Shown here piece by piece: positions 40,867 to 50,987 of a stretch of 64,000 nt of DNA (position 1 is its first letter; every line of letters starts with the position of its first letter). The translations under genes were made by a program, and so were the position numbers. The notes beneath the pieces are model-generated. The model saw only the letters and a list, made by a program, of their open reading frames with translations. It was not told where the DNA came from and did no database searches. This stretch comes from Acidimicrobiia bacterium (GTDB lineage Bacteria > Actinomycetota > Acidimicrobiia > Spongiisociales > ZC4RG35). Location of the stretch: NCBI GenBank assembly GCA_036396655.1, contig DASWKK010000066.1, positions 912 to 64,911 of the forward strand, given 5' to 3'.

Positions 40867-41934
40867 GTGAGCCTCGACTTTCACCGTCTCCGAGTCTCGG
40901 AGGTCTCGCCTCTCACTGACGATGCCGTGGCCGTCACCTTCGATGTTCCTCCCGAGCTGGCGGAGGCGTTTCGCTACCTGCCGGGCCAACACATGACGTT
41001 ACGTGCCCTCATCGACGGAAGGGACGTGCGACGGTCCTACTCGATCTGCTCCAACGCCAACGAAGGAAAGCTACGGGTCGGGATCAAACGGCTCCCCGGC
41101 GGAGCGTTCAGCAGCTATGCCACGAGTGTGCTCGCGGCGGGTGATGTCATCGACGCGATGCCTCCTGTGGGTGAGTTCAGCATCGTTCCCGACCCGACGA
41201 CCGCCCGGCATCGGGTGGCGATCGCGGCCGGGTCGGGCATCACACCCGTCCTCTCGCTCATCTCAACCACACTCGAGAGTGAGCTCCGATCGTCGTGGAC
41301 GCTCCTCTTCGGCAATCGCACGGCCAACACCGTGATGTTCCTCGAGGAGTTGGAAGGGTTGAAGGACCGGTATCCGGACCGCTTCCAGATGTTTCACCTG
41401 TTCAGCCGTGAGGCGGCAGACCTGCCCCTGCTCGTCGGGCGGATCGACGACGAGAAGCTCCGGGCGGTGAACCGTCTTCTCGGGGGCCGACCGGTGCGAG
41501 GCTGGTACCTGTGCGGCCCCTACGACATGGTGATGACCGCCCGGGAGACACTGTCCTCGTTGGGGGTCGAACCGGACCTGATCCACGACGAATTGTTCTT
41601 CGCCGGTCCCGTAGATCCCTCATCGCTGCCTCCGGAGCCGTCACCCGGCGAGGGCTCGGTCGAGCTGAGGGTGATCCTCGACGGGAGGGCAGTCGAGACC
41701 CGGATGACCGCCGACACCTCGATCCTCGACGCCGCCCTGCGGGTCCGCTCCGAATTGCCGTTTTCGTGCAAGGGCGGGATGTGTGCCTCGTGCAAGGGTC
41801 GGATAGAGGAGGGTGAGGTCCGGATGGACAAGAATTACGCCCTCATCGACTCGGAGGTGGACGCTGGTTACGTGCTCACCTGTCAGTCACATCCGGTCTC
41901 GGATCGAGTCGTCGTTCGCTACGACCACCGCTGA
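40867..41934 (+). CDS. paaE: phenylacetate-CoA oxygenase/reductase subunit PaaE (FNR-like with 2Fe-2S ferredoxin domain)
   Basis: FAD-binding RSYSICS, NAD-binding domain, C-terminal CKGGMCASCKG ferredoxin cysteines. Confidence 0.85.
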   Translation: MSLDFHRLRVSEVSPLTDDAVAVTFDVPPELAEAFRYLPGQHMTLRALIDGRDVRRSYSICSNANEGKLRVGIKRLPGGAFSSYATSVLAAGDVIDAMPPVGEFSIVPDPTTARHRVAIAAGSGITPVLSLISTTLESELRSSWTLLFGNRTANTVMFLEELEGLKDRYPDRFQMFHLFSREAADLPLLVGRIDDEKLRAVNRLLGGRPVRGWYLCGPYDMVMTARETLSSLGVEPDLIHDELFFAGPVDPSSLPPEPSPGEGSVELRVILDGRAVETRMTADTSILDAALRVRSELPFSCKGGMCASCKGRIEEGEVRMDKNYALIDSEVDAGYVLTCQSHPVSDRVVVRYDHR

Positions 41935-42509
41935 TGGTCACTACCCGCAACACACGGGCCGACGTCGTCGCCGCGGCCGGGCGTTTGTTCGCCTACAAGG
42001 GCTACCACGGCACCTCGATGCGCGATTTGGGAAAGGAGTTGGGTCTTCTCGGCTCATCGCTCTACGCCCACATCGAATCAAAGCAGGACCTCCTGGTCGC
42101 CGTGGTGGAAGAAGGGGCCCGTCTCTTCCAGGAGTCGGCACAGACCGCCCTGACGGTGGAGGGGTCGGCCGCTGACCGGTTGCGGGCGCTGGTAGCCGGG
42201 CACATCGATGTAGTTCTCGACAACCACGACGTCGTTGGGACCTTCCTCAACGAGGCGCGCGTGCTCGACGATGCTCACCGGGCGCGGGTGATCGCGGCCA
42301 GGGACGCATACGAGGGTGCGTTTCGATCGGTTATCGCCGATGGGATCAGCGATGGGTCTTTCCGGTCCGACGTCGACCCCAAGCTGGCCTCGATCTTCAT
42401 CCTCTCGATTCTCAACGCGGTTCAGCGGTGGTATCGGGTAGATGGGGAGCTCGATCCGGGTCAGCTCGCCGATCGCATCGATCGGTTCGTCGCCGACTCA
42501 TTGCGCTGA
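41934..42509 (+). CDS. TetR/AcrR family transcriptional regulator (likely paa repressor PaaR)
   Basis: N-terminal HTH VAAAGRLFAYKGYHGTSMRDLGKELGL; ATGA overlap with paaE. Confidence 0.8.
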   Translation: MVTTRNTRADVVAAAGRLFAYKGYHGTSMRDLGKELGLLGSSLYAHIESKQDLLVAVVEEGARLFQESAQTALTVEGSAADRLRALVAGHIDVVLDNHDVVGTFLNEARVLDDAHRARVIAARDAYEGAFRSVIADGISDGSFRSDVDPKLASIFILSILNAVQRWYRVDGELDPGQLADRIDRFVADSLR

Positions 42510-42594
42510 GCGGTCGACGCGGTGAGCGTCGATTTGCCCCCGACCGGAATTGTCGCTCAGGAACCACCACCGACCGGCCGACGTTGCAGGTGAG

Positions 42595-44976
42595 ATGCTC
42601 TCGTCGCGTCAGGCTGCCGGGTCCGTGATTGTCGCCGTCCTCTTGCTCGCCGCCGTCCCGTGGGGTTCGGTCCGAGCCGAGGAGGCCGGGTCGTTCGTCG
42701 ACGACGACCGGAGTCGATTCGAGCCGTACATCGAGACCGCCCGCTCGGAGGGCCTGGTCTCCGGCTGCAACCCTCCCGCCAACGACAGGTTCTGCCCGCA
42801 TCGGATCGTTACCCGAGGCGAGATGGCCGTGATGCTGGTTCGGTCTCTCAACATGCCTTCCGACAGTGGAGACTTCTTCAATGACGACAATGGCCATCCG
42901 GCGGAGCAAGCGATCAACTCCCTGGCCGCTGCAGGTGTCACCAGTGGCTGCGGGGAGGGACGATTCTGCCCGGATCGCAGCTTGACCCGAGGCGAGATGT
43001 CGTCGCTGATCGCCGCGGCCATGAGATGGACCCTCCCGGGTAACACTTACCCGTATGTCGACCTCGACGACTCCCCCTACGGGCGATCGACCAAGTCCTT
43101 GGCGAGACGGGGGGCCTTGGAGCCGTGCAACTCTCCGATCGGCACCCGTCTCTGCCCGGAGCGAACCGTGGCGCGAGACGAGGCGGTGTTCTCCCTGACC
43201 TCTGCCCTCGACTTAGGCCCGGCGCGTTCCGTCGAGCCAGTCGCCGCCGGTTCCGGTGGGCTCGGCTTCGCAGATGCCTTCGAAGCCCTCGATCTCTGGG
43301 ATGGCCACGTCCCGTCGGCCCGAAATCGGGTCGAACTGACCGATTCGGGGTTCCGGGGGACCGCTCTGAGGGTGACCATCCCCAAAGGGTCCCACTACGG
43401 CGCCGACTTCAAGCTCGATCTGAGCAAGGCGGTGGGAGAGGAGCCCGAGCATCTCTTCTTTCGCTACTACCTCCGCCTCGATCCGGACTGGTCGCCACAG
43501 ACGAACGGCAAGCTGCCCGGGTTCTCCGGGGTGTACAGCCGCACCGGTAAAGGTGGGTATCAGAGCACCGAGTCGGCTCCGGGATGGTCGGCGCGCATGG
43601 AGTTCTTCGCCAGCAGGGACAACGACCATCGAGCCCGGCTCGGCTACTACGTCTATCACCTCGGTCAGGAAGGGCGTTATGGAGACGGCATGTCCTGGAA
43701 TGAGGCGGGCAAGCTCAACCCGGGGGAGTGGTACTGCCTCGAAGGGGAGGTGGCGCTCAACCGACCGGACATCGCCGACGGCGCGCTCCGAGCATGGGTC
43801 GACGGAACACCCGTCTTCGACGTGTCCGGGGTTCAGTTCCGCCGGGCCGATGAGCCGAACATAAAGATCGAGTCCTTCTGGTTCAACGTCTACTACGGCG
43901 GCAAGCAGCGCGCCGAGCGTGAATTCGGCATGGTGGTCGACGAGGTGGTCGTGGACAGCAGCCGGATCGGGTGCGGAAACGGGGACGGTCTTTCCCGCAC
44001 TGTGACCGCAGATCTCACCGGTGACGGGTTCGACGAGCAGCTCACTTGGGGCGAATGCCCCGGCGGCACCTGTTTCCGGGCCAGCAGCCTCTCGGCCTCG
44101 GAGACTATGCGTATGGGTGATGGGGCGTGGTTCAGCTTGAAGACCAATCGGCTTGGGATGGCAGCGGGGGACTTCAACGGCGACGGACGAGCGGACATCG
44201 CCTACCACGGTCGATGCGAGATGTCAGTCTCCTGCTGGCGGGTTCATCTCTCCGAGGGAACGAATCTGGCCACGCCGCAGAACTGGGGCGACGGTGCCCG
44301 CTTTGCCCCATTGGCCGAGTCTCTGGTGGTCGGAGATTGGAATGGTGACGGCTTCGACGACCTCGTGTACCAAGGAGTCTGCGGTGACGGGGGAGCACTG
44401 TGCTGGAGAGCGCACATCAGCGACAACGGCCGTTTCGTGGCCGCAGACTGGGGTCCTCTTCCCGGGTTGGCCGGAGAGGCGAAGGCACGGGCGGCCGACC
44501 TCGACGGCGATGGGCGTGACGATCTCCTCTACCCGGCCGGGTGCGAGTCGGGTGTCTGCTGGCATGGCCAGCTTTCGACCGGCAGCTCATTCTCCGACCC
44601 GATGAACCTCGGCATGGCGCAACCCGAAGAGCTGGCGTCGAGCGAGCTATTCGACTGGGACGGTGACGGCGACGATGACCTCCTGACCGGGCGCGAGGCG
44701 GAGGGAGGGGCTCACGATCTGGACGTCAGGCGGATGGGGCCCGACGGGCTCGGCGATGTGACCACCCTGACTCAGTTTGGAGCACCCTTGACCGGAGTGA
44801 CCCTTCGCCGGCTCGGCCCGGGACGACCAGTCGAGGCCCTGGTGAGTCGAGCATGCGAGCCGGCTCCATGTGTCGACCACCTGTTGTCACTGTCGGGGCG
44901 CATGATGCCCGTCGACGAGTACACGAGGGCGGTCGAGCTCCCACCCCGAAGAAGCATCGGGTTCTATCCCGGCTGA
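42595..44976 (+). CDS. large secreted cell-wall-associated protein: signal peptide, three S-layer-homology (SLH) repeats, central lectin/lyase-like beta domain, five FG-GAP-like repeats
   Basis: SLH-like repeats GLVSGCNPPANDRFCPHRIVTRGEMAVML x3; C-terminal DxDGDGxDD motifs (DLTGDGFDE, GDFNGDGRADI, GDWNGDGFDDL, ADLDGDGRDDL, FDWDGDGDDDL); start ATG 42595 or TTG 42550. Confidence 0.7.
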   Translation: MLSSRQAAGSVIVAVLLLAAVPWGSVRAEEAGSFVDDDRSRFEPYIETARSEGLVSGCNPPANDRFCPHRIVTRGEMAVMLVRSLNMPSDSGDFFNDDNGHPAEQAINSLAAAGVTSGCGEGRFCPDRSLTRGEMSSLIAAAMRWTLPGNTYPYVDLDDSPYGRSTKSLARRGALEPCNSPIGTRLCPERTVARDEAVFSLTSALDLGPARSVEPVAAGSGGLGFADAFEALDLWDGHVPSARNRVELTDSGFRGTALRVTIPKGSHYGADFKLDLSKAVGEEPEHLFFRYYLRLDPDWSPQTNGKLPGFSGVYSRTGKGGYQSTESAPGWSARMEFFASRDNDHRARLGYYVYHLGQEGRYGDGMSWNEAGKLNPGEWYCLEGEVALNRPDIADGALRAWVDGTPVFDVSGVQFRRADEPNIKIESFWFNVYYGGKQRAEREFGMVVDEVVVDSSRIGCGNGDGLSRTVTADLTGDGFDEQLTWGECPGGTCFRASSLSASETMRMGDGAWFSLKTNRLGMAAGDFNGDGRADIAYHGRCEMSVSCWRVHLSEGTNLATPQNWGDGARFAPLAESLVVGDWNGDGFDDLVYQGVCGDGGALCWRAHISDNGRFVAADWGPLPGLAGEAKARAADLDGDGRDDLLYPAGCESGVCWHGQLSTGSSFSDPMNLGMAQPEELASSELFDWDGDGDDDLLTGREAEGGAHDLDVRRMGPDGLGDVTTLTQFGAPLTGVTLRRLGPGRPVEALVSRACEPAPCVDHLLSLSGRMMPVDEYTRAVELPPRRSIGFYPG

Positions 44977-44993
44977 GCCGGGACCTGGGGGTT

Positions 44994-46022
44994 TCAGCCC
45001 CCGTTGGATGAGGTCTCTTTGACCGTCCACGTGCCCTGACTGGTAATCAGGGTGGACAGGTCGCCATCACCCAGCTTCTCCTTGGCCGCCTCGATCTGGG
45101 CGTTCATCTGCGACTCATATGTCGGCCGATGGACGTTACGGAAGATGCCAAGTGGGGTCGGTCCATAGGGCCCGTGAGACAGCCTGCTCAACGCGAATGC
45201 GACCGCCGGGTCGGGTCGGGTCGGGTCATGGACCAGGATCGCTCCCGGATCGACCGTGGACGAGTCCACGATCGTGGCCGAGCCGTCGCGAAGGACGATC
45301 GCCTTGGCTCCCTCGTCGAAGACGACCGGCTTTCCGATCTCGAGGTCGATCCGGTTGTGTACCCGCTCTTCCTTGCCGGTCAGCTGGATGAATGCCTTGT
45401 CGTTGAACACGTTGCAGTTCTGGTAGATCTCGATGAAGGCCGAGCCTTCGTGCTCGTAGGCCGCCTTGAGCAGCTCCTGGGTGTGGCCGCGATCCATGTC
45501 CAGGGTGCGGGCCACGAAGGTGGCCTCGGCGCCGAGGGCCAGGGAAACCGGGTTGAACGGGTAGTCGATCGACCCGTAGGGCGAGGACTTGGTGGTTTTG
45601 CCCGGCTCCGAGGTAGGGGAGTACTGGCCCTTGGTCAGCCCATAGATCTGATTGTTGAACAGCAGGATCTTGAGGTTCACATTGCGACGAAGGGCATGGA
45701 TGAGATGGTTCCCGCCAATGGAGAGGGCATCTCCGTCGCCGGTGATCACCCAGACCGAAAGCTCCGGCCTGGTGGAGGCGATCCCCGACGCGATCGCCGG
45801 GGCACGCCCGTGGATCGAGTGCATGCCGTAGGTGTTCATGTAATACGGGAACCTCGCGGCGCAACCGATGCCCGATACGAAGACGAACTCCTCTCGGGGC
45901 CGTCCGAGACCGGCCAGAAACTGTTGGACCGAGGCCAGGATGGTGTAGTCGCCGCATCCCGGGCACCAACGCACTTCCTGATCTGTCTGAAAGTCGGCGC
46001 GGGTATAGCTCGGGGCGGTCAC
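44994..46022 (-). CDS. korB: 2-oxoglutarate/2-oxoacid:ferredoxin oxidoreductase subunit beta
   Basis: TPP-binding WCPGCGDY...GIGC...ITGDGD motifs. Confidence 0.9.
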   Translation of the reverse strand: MTAPSYTRADFQTDQEVRWCPGCGDYTILASVQQFLAGLGRPREEFVFVSGIGCAARFPYYMNTYGMHSIHGRAPAIASGIASTRPELSVWVITGDGDALSIGGNHLIHALRRNVNLKILLFNNQIYGLTKGQYSPTSEPGKTTKSSPYGSIDYPFNPVSLALGAEATFVARTLDMDRGHTQELLKAAYEHEGSAFIEIYQNCNVFNDKAFIQLTGKEERVHNRIDLEIGKPVVFDEGAKAIVLRDGSATIVDSSTVDPGAILVHDPTRPDPAVAFALSRLSHGPYGPTPLGIFRNVHRPTYESQMNAQIEAAKEKLGDGDLSTLITSQGTWTVKETSSNGG

Positions 46023-47899
46023 TTGATCATCTCCAGGATCTTCTCGGTTATCTCCGAGATCTTGAACGGCTCGCCTGCGATCTTGTTGAGACCCTTGGCG
46101 TCGACCAGGTACTCGGCCCTGATCACTTTGCGCAGCTGACCGGTGTTCAGCTCTGGGATCAGGATTTTGTCGTATCGGTTCAGGATGTCACCCAGGTTCC
46201 GTGGCATCGGGTTGAGGTACCGGAGATGAGTGGTGGCCACCTTCTCTCCGGCCAGTCTCACTCTCCGGGCTGCAGCGCGGATCGAGCCAAACGTCGAGCC
46301 CCAGCCGAGGACCAGGATGTCGGCGTCCTCGTCGCCGTTGACCTCCAGATCGGGGACGTCGTTGACGATGTTGGCCACCTTCCAGGCCCGGGTATCGGTC
46401 ATCAACTGATGATTGGCCGGGTCGTAGGACACGTTCCCGGTTATGGCCTCCTTCTCGAGACCGCCGATCCTGTGCTCCAGACCCGGGGTCCCAGGTACCG
46501 CCCAAGGGCGGGCGAAGGTGTCGATGTCCCGCATGTAGGGCAGGAATGTCGAGTTGGGCCCGTTGGGGTGTCGAGCGAATTCGGTTTCGATCGGTGCAAT
46601 CGCATCGACATCAGGCAACATCCATGGCTCGGACCCGTTGGCGACCTGGTTGTCGCTGAGGAGAAGGACCGGAGTCATGTACTTGATCGCGATCCGGGCC
46701 GCTTCGATCGTCAGCTCGAAGGCATCAGATGGCGAGGCGATGGCCAGGACCGGGATCGGGGACTCACCGTGACGCCCGTAGAGCGAGAAGAGGAGGTCCG
46801 ACTGCTCGGGCTTGGTCGGCAGACCGGTCGACGGCCCACCACGCTGCACGTTGATCACGATCAGCGGCAGTTCCATCATGAAGGCAAGCGAGATGCCCTC
46901 ACTCTTCAGTGCGATTCCCGGCCCTGATGAGCCAGTGACCGCGAGGCTCCCGGCAAAGGCAGCCCCGATGGCAGTGCCAACCCCGGCGATCTCGTCCTCG
47001 GCCTGGAAGGTTCGCACCCCGAAGTTCTTGTGACGGGCCAGCTCATGAAGGATGTCCGATGCCGGTGTGATGGGGTAGGTCCCGTAGAAAAGCGGCAGCC
47101 CGGACAACTTGGAGGCGGCGATCAGGCCCCAGGCGAGGGCCGTGTTGCCATTGACGTTGGTGTAGGTGCCGGGGCGAAGGGCCGCCGGCTTGATCTCGAA
47201 GGTGATCTTGGCCGCCTCGGTGGCCACGCCGAAGGTGTATCCGGCCTGGAAAGCCGCCACGTTGGCCGCGGCGACTTCGGGAGTTCGGGAGAACTTCTTC
47301 TGCGCCCATTCGATTGTGGGCTCGGTCGGTCGGTGGAACAGCCATGCGAGCAACCCGAGAGCGAAGAAGTTCTTGGAGCGGAGCACGCTTCGACCCGAGA
47401 CCCCGGTGTCTTTCACGGCTTCCTTGGTCAGCTCGTCCATTGGCACCTTGATCACCCGGTATCCGTCCAGGGTTCCGTCCTCCAACGGGTCCTTGTCATA
47501 ACCAGCTTTCGCCAGGTTCCGCTCATCGAAGGTGTCGGTGTTGACCACCAGGGTGCCGCCCTGACGGAGGTCCCTGAAGTTCTTCTTCAACGCGGCCGGG
47601 TTCATCGCCACGAGGCAATCTGGCTGGTCGCCCGCGGTGAGGATGTCGAAGTCGGCGATCTGAACCTGGAAGCTGGAAACGCCGGGAAGGGTCCCCGCCG
47701 GCGCCCGGATCTCCGCCGGGAACGAAGGCAGGGTCGCCAGGTCGTTGCCGAAGAGTGCGCTTGCGTCGGTGAATCTCGATCCGGCTACTTGCATTCCATC
47801 GCCGGAGTCGCCGGCGAAACGGATCACAACCCGGTCCAGGGTCTCGCTGGGGGTGGTGGAGGGTTCAGCTGTGGCGATCTGGTCGGCCACTTTGGTCAC
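46019..47899 (-). CDS. korA: 2-oxoglutarate/2-oxoacid:ferredoxin oxidoreductase subunit alpha
   Basis: 626-aa fused alpha/gamma domain protein, overlapping korB. Confidence 0.9.
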   Translation of the reverse strand: MTKVADQIATAEPSTTPSETLDRVVIRFAGDSGDGMQVAGSRFTDASALFGNDLATLPSFPAEIRAPAGTLPGVSSFQVQIADFDILTAGDQPDCLVAMNPAALKKNFRDLRQGGTLVVNTDTFDERNLAKAGYDKDPLEDGTLDGYRVIKVPMDELTKEAVKDTGVSGRSVLRSKNFFALGLLAWLFHRPTEPTIEWAQKKFSRTPEVAAANVAAFQAGYTFGVATEAAKITFEIKPAALRPGTYTNVNGNTALAWGLIAASKLSGLPLFYGTYPITPASDILHELARHKNFGVRTFQAEDEIAGVGTAIGAAFAGSLAVTGSSGPGIALKSEGISLAFMMELPLIVINVQRGGPSTGLPTKPEQSDLLFSLYGRHGESPIPVLAIASPSDAFELTIEAARIAIKYMTPVLLLSDNQVANGSEPWMLPDVDAIAPIETEFARHPNGPNSTFLPYMRDIDTFARPWAVPGTPGLEHRIGGLEKEAITGNVSYDPANHQLMTDTRAWKVANIVNDVPDLEVNGDEDADILVLGWGSTFGSIRAAARRVRLAGEKVATTHLRYLNPMPRNLGDILNRYDKILIPELNTGQLRKVIRAEYLVDAKGLNKIAGEPFKISEITEKILEMIK

Positions 47900-48001
47900 A
47901 TCCTTGCTATGTCTAATCGGCGCGCGTGGGCCAGGAATCGAACTCGGGGTTCTGGTGAGAAGACCGCATCCCGGTTGCCGCGCGGTTCCAGTTTATCTTT
48001 G

Positions 48002-49303
48002 TCATGCACTACTCAAGCCCAATGGAGCAGGGGTGAATCCGACCACTCCCGCATTCTCCAGAGATCTACCGAAGGCGATGAGACCTGTCTCTGAGCCGAG
48101 CGACCCAATGGCCTGAAGCGAGACCGCGGGTTCACCTGAGCCGGGGACGGGCATGGCGATCGCCGGATGAAGCGAATGGTTGACAACAGCAGAGAACCAG
48201 GAGAGAACAGCTCGATAATGGCGGTCGCCGATCATGTCGTTTCCAATCTCCTTACGCATCGCAGGTGAGGTCGGCGTGATCAACAGGTCGACACGCCGGA
48301 AGGCCTCGGCGAATCGGTCGCGGATCATCCGTTGCCAGTCGATCCCGGCCTCGATCTCCTCGGAGGTGACCCGGGCGCAGTCATCGAGCCTCCTGGCCAC
48401 GTCGTCACCGTACGGCAATTCCTTCGCCCTGAACCCCGCGTGCACCTCGTTTATCTCCCCGGCGATGGCATGGATCAACTGGGGTGCGGGCAAGACGTCC
48501 GGCATCTCGATCTCGCTGACCGAGTGACCCAGGCCACGGAGTGTCTCGATCGCGGCATCGAACCCGACAGCAACCCTTTCTTCCATCGGAGCCCCATCGA
48601 ACCACGGCTGGGGAACCCCCAGCCGGAGCCCGTTCGGGAGCGGCTCGTCCGTCTCGTCGTCGGACATCACCCGGTAGGCGGCGTCGAGGCTCTCGATGGA
48701 GTCGGCGAGCGGGCCTACGGTGTCGATCGAGGCGGCGAGCGGGAAGACTCCGGTCAGCGGAATCCGTCCGTGGGTCACCTTGAGCCCGAAACAGGCGCAG
48801 AGCGCCGCCGGCACCCTGACCGAGCCACCGGTGTCGGTTCCGATGCTCACCGGCGTGATCCCGGCGGCAACCGCGGCAGCCGACCCACCCGACGAGCCAC
48901 CAGGCGAGGTGTTGGGGTCCCACGGGTTGCGCACCGGCCCGTAGTGGGGGTTCTCCGATGAGAAGCCAAAGGCAAACTCGTGCAAACCGGTTCGGCCGAT
49001 GATGACGGCACCGGCGGCCTCGAGCCGGTCGACAACCGGAGCGGACTCGGTGGCCTGCTTGCGGTAGAACGCCGAGCCGGCGGTCGTGGTGCGGTCCGCG
49101 TGATCGATCAGGTCTTTGAGACCGATCGGCATCCCGGCCAGAGGCCCCGCGTACCCACCCGCGGCAATGATGGAATCGAGGTCCAGGGCCCGGGCCAGGG
49201 CACGCTCGTCATCCAGGTAGGTGAATGCGTTCAGGTTGCCCTGAGTGGCGTGGGCTGCATCGAGGGCATCTTGAACTCGGTTGACGGCTGATGCACCGGA
49301 CAC
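48002..49303 (-). CDS. amidase (amidase-signature family)
   Basis: GGSSGGSAAAVAAG signature with Ser-cisSer-Lys triad region. Confidence 0.8.
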   Translation of the reverse strand: MSGASAVNRVQDALDAAHATQGNLNAFTYLDDERALARALDLDSIIAAGGYAGPLAGMPIGLKDLIDHADRTTTAGSAFYRKQATESAPVVDRLEAAGAVIIGRTGLHEFAFGFSSENPHYGPVRNPWDPNTSPGGSSGGSAAAVAAGITPVSIGTDTGGSVRVPAALCACFGLKVTHGRIPLTGVFPLAASIDTVGPLADSIESLDAAYRVMSDDETDEPLPNGLRLGVPQPWFDGAPMEERVAVGFDAAIETLRGLGHSVSEIEMPDVLPAPQLIHAIAGEINEVHAGFRAKELPYGDDVARRLDDCARVTSEEIEAGIDWQRMIRDRFAEAFRRVDLLITPTSPAMRKEIGNDMIGDRHYRAVLSWFSAVVNHSLHPAIAMPVPGSGEPAVSLQAIGSLGSETGLIAFGRSLENAGVVGFTPAPLGLSSA

Positions 49304-49374
49304 GAGAGGCGACCATAGCCAGGACGGCCGGGGTTCTTCGGTTTACCGGTCGTCGCCCAGGCGAGGAAGGCCGG

Positions 49375-50484
49375 TCACTCGAAGGTGAGACCGTTGCCGT
49401 CGGGCACCAGCGAGATCCAGGCCTGACCGGGGGGAACCGGTATCACGTTGCCCGAGTCGTCGGTGAGTACGAACCAATCCTGCTCGGTTTCCCGTTGCCA
49501 GGTCCCGCTCATCACCTTGCCGTCGGCGAAGACGAAGGCCTGTCCGGACCCGGTCGTCTTGCTGCTCGGCAGGCTCTTGCCCCGTCCCGGTGGGGAGTGG
49601 TTGTACTGCTCGGTATAGAGGGCCACCAGGACCGGGAAGGCGATGCGACCTTCTTCACCATCCATGGTTCGCCAGTTCGACTCCTGTCCATCCGCGCTGC
49701 GCAGCCAGGTCTCGGTGGCGGGGTCCCAGTCCCAGTTCACGATGTTGCCGACGAAGTCGATCTCGACGGTGGTCGCCGGCACCGCGGTGGAGGGCAGCTC
49801 GCCAAACTCCCAGATCGGAGCTATCGGAGGCTCGTCGGGATACTCGAGACTGTCGGCGTACTCACGGAGCAGGATCGTGTTGGCGTACAGGTTGTGAGGG
49901 GCGAATCGCCCCGATACCCGGAACGTTTGAGGCCGGACCTCGCCGACCAGGTTCACGTCCATCGACCGGATCAATTGCTGGACCCAGGTCTGAGCGCCGG
50001 AGATGACAAACGTGGGCTGGTTGAGAGCGGTCAGGATGTGGGGGTCGGTCGGTCGGCCGGAACGCATCGGGCCGAAGTACTCGGTGTCGCTCTGCTGCCA
50101 AAGGGTCATGAAGCGGGTGATCCCTTCGACCACGATCTCGAAGACGACGTCGGCTTCCTGGACGCCTGACTGGGGTCGGGCATTCGGATGGTTGTCCATC
50201 TTCACTGCCAGCACTCTCCGGTCGAGTAGCGCCGGGTCATCCACGGGCAAGCCATTGAGAGGGGAGACCGCTTCAGGAATGGTGCTGGATGTTGTTGTTG
50301 AGGTGGTCTCGGCGGAGGTCGTCGTTGTCTCGACAATCGTGGTTGTCGTGGTCTCGAGGGCTTCGGGTGGGTCCTCGGTGGCGAGTGCCATCACCACCCC
50401 CACCGCGGCGACAAGGATGACGCCGATCGTGACCAGCTGTGCGCGTCTCGACTGCCGTAGCAGCTGGATGAATCTCGAAAGCAT
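49375..50484 (-). CDS. DUF3048 domain lipoprotein/secreted protein
   Basis: N-terminal TM/signal, Thr-rich linker, then LAVKMDNHPNARPQSGVQEADVVFE block typical of DUF3048. Confidence 0.6.
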   Translation of the reverse strand: MLSRFIQLLRQSRRAQLVTIGVILVAAVGVVMALATEDPPEALETTTTTIVETTTTSAETTSTTTSSTIPEAVSPLNGLPVDDPALLDRRVLAVKMDNHPNARPQSGVQEADVVFEIVVEGITRFMTLWQQSDTEYFGPMRSGRPTDPHILTALNQPTFVISGAQTWVQQLIRSMDVNLVGEVRPQTFRVSGRFAPHNLYANTILLREYADSLEYPDEPPIAPIWEFGELPSTAVPATTVEIDFVGNIVNWDWDPATETWLRSADGQESNWRTMDGEEGRIAFPVLVALYTEQYNHSPPGRGKSLPSSKTTGSGQAFVFADGKVMSGTWQRETEQDWFVLTDDSGNVIPVPPGQAWISLVPDGNGLTFE

Positions 50485-50551
50485 CGGCGGCAGAGTATCC
50501 GTCCGCTGTTGCTACACCACCTCACGGGTTGTCATGAGGAACCCCGAAGAC

Positions 50552-50953
50552 TCAAACCGAGAGGACCCCGCCCCTGATCGGCAGGTCACTCAGCGCTGAT
50601 TCCGGTTGGTCGATCGAAATGGCGAGCTCGATCCCTTCGGCGTTGGACCGGAGGACGTAGAGGGCGTCGATGTTGACCCCGGCATCGGCCAGCACCCTGG
50701 TCAACCGCGCCAGCTCCCCGGGGACGTGGGGCAGGACCGCGGTGAGCACAGTGTTCTCTTCGCTGTGCAGCGCCGCCTCTTCCAGGACCCGCCTGGTGGT
50801 CGGAGCGTCGTCGACGATGAGGCGAACCGTCCCTTCCCCGTCGTGACCGTAGGCGGCAAGCGCTTCGATGTTGACCCCGAAGGCGGCCAGTGCTTCGGTC
50901 AGTGACGCGAGCCTGCCCGGACGGTTCTCCATCTGGACGACGAACTCGGTCAT
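50552..50953 (-). CDS. ACT domain pair protein (small amino-acid-binding regulator)
   Basis: Two ACT-like halves (FVVQMENRPGRLASLTEALA..., LTAVLPHVPGELARLTRVLA...). Confidence 0.65.
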   Translation of the reverse strand: MTEFVVQMENRPGRLASLTEALAAFGVNIEALAAYGHDGEGTVRLIVDDAPTTRRVLEEAALHSEENTVLTAVLPHVPGELARLTRVLADAGVNIDALYVLRSNAEGIELAISIDQPESALSDLPIRGGVLSV

Positions 50954-50987
50954 GGAGATGACTCTACGCCGCCGGCCGTGTTCCGTG

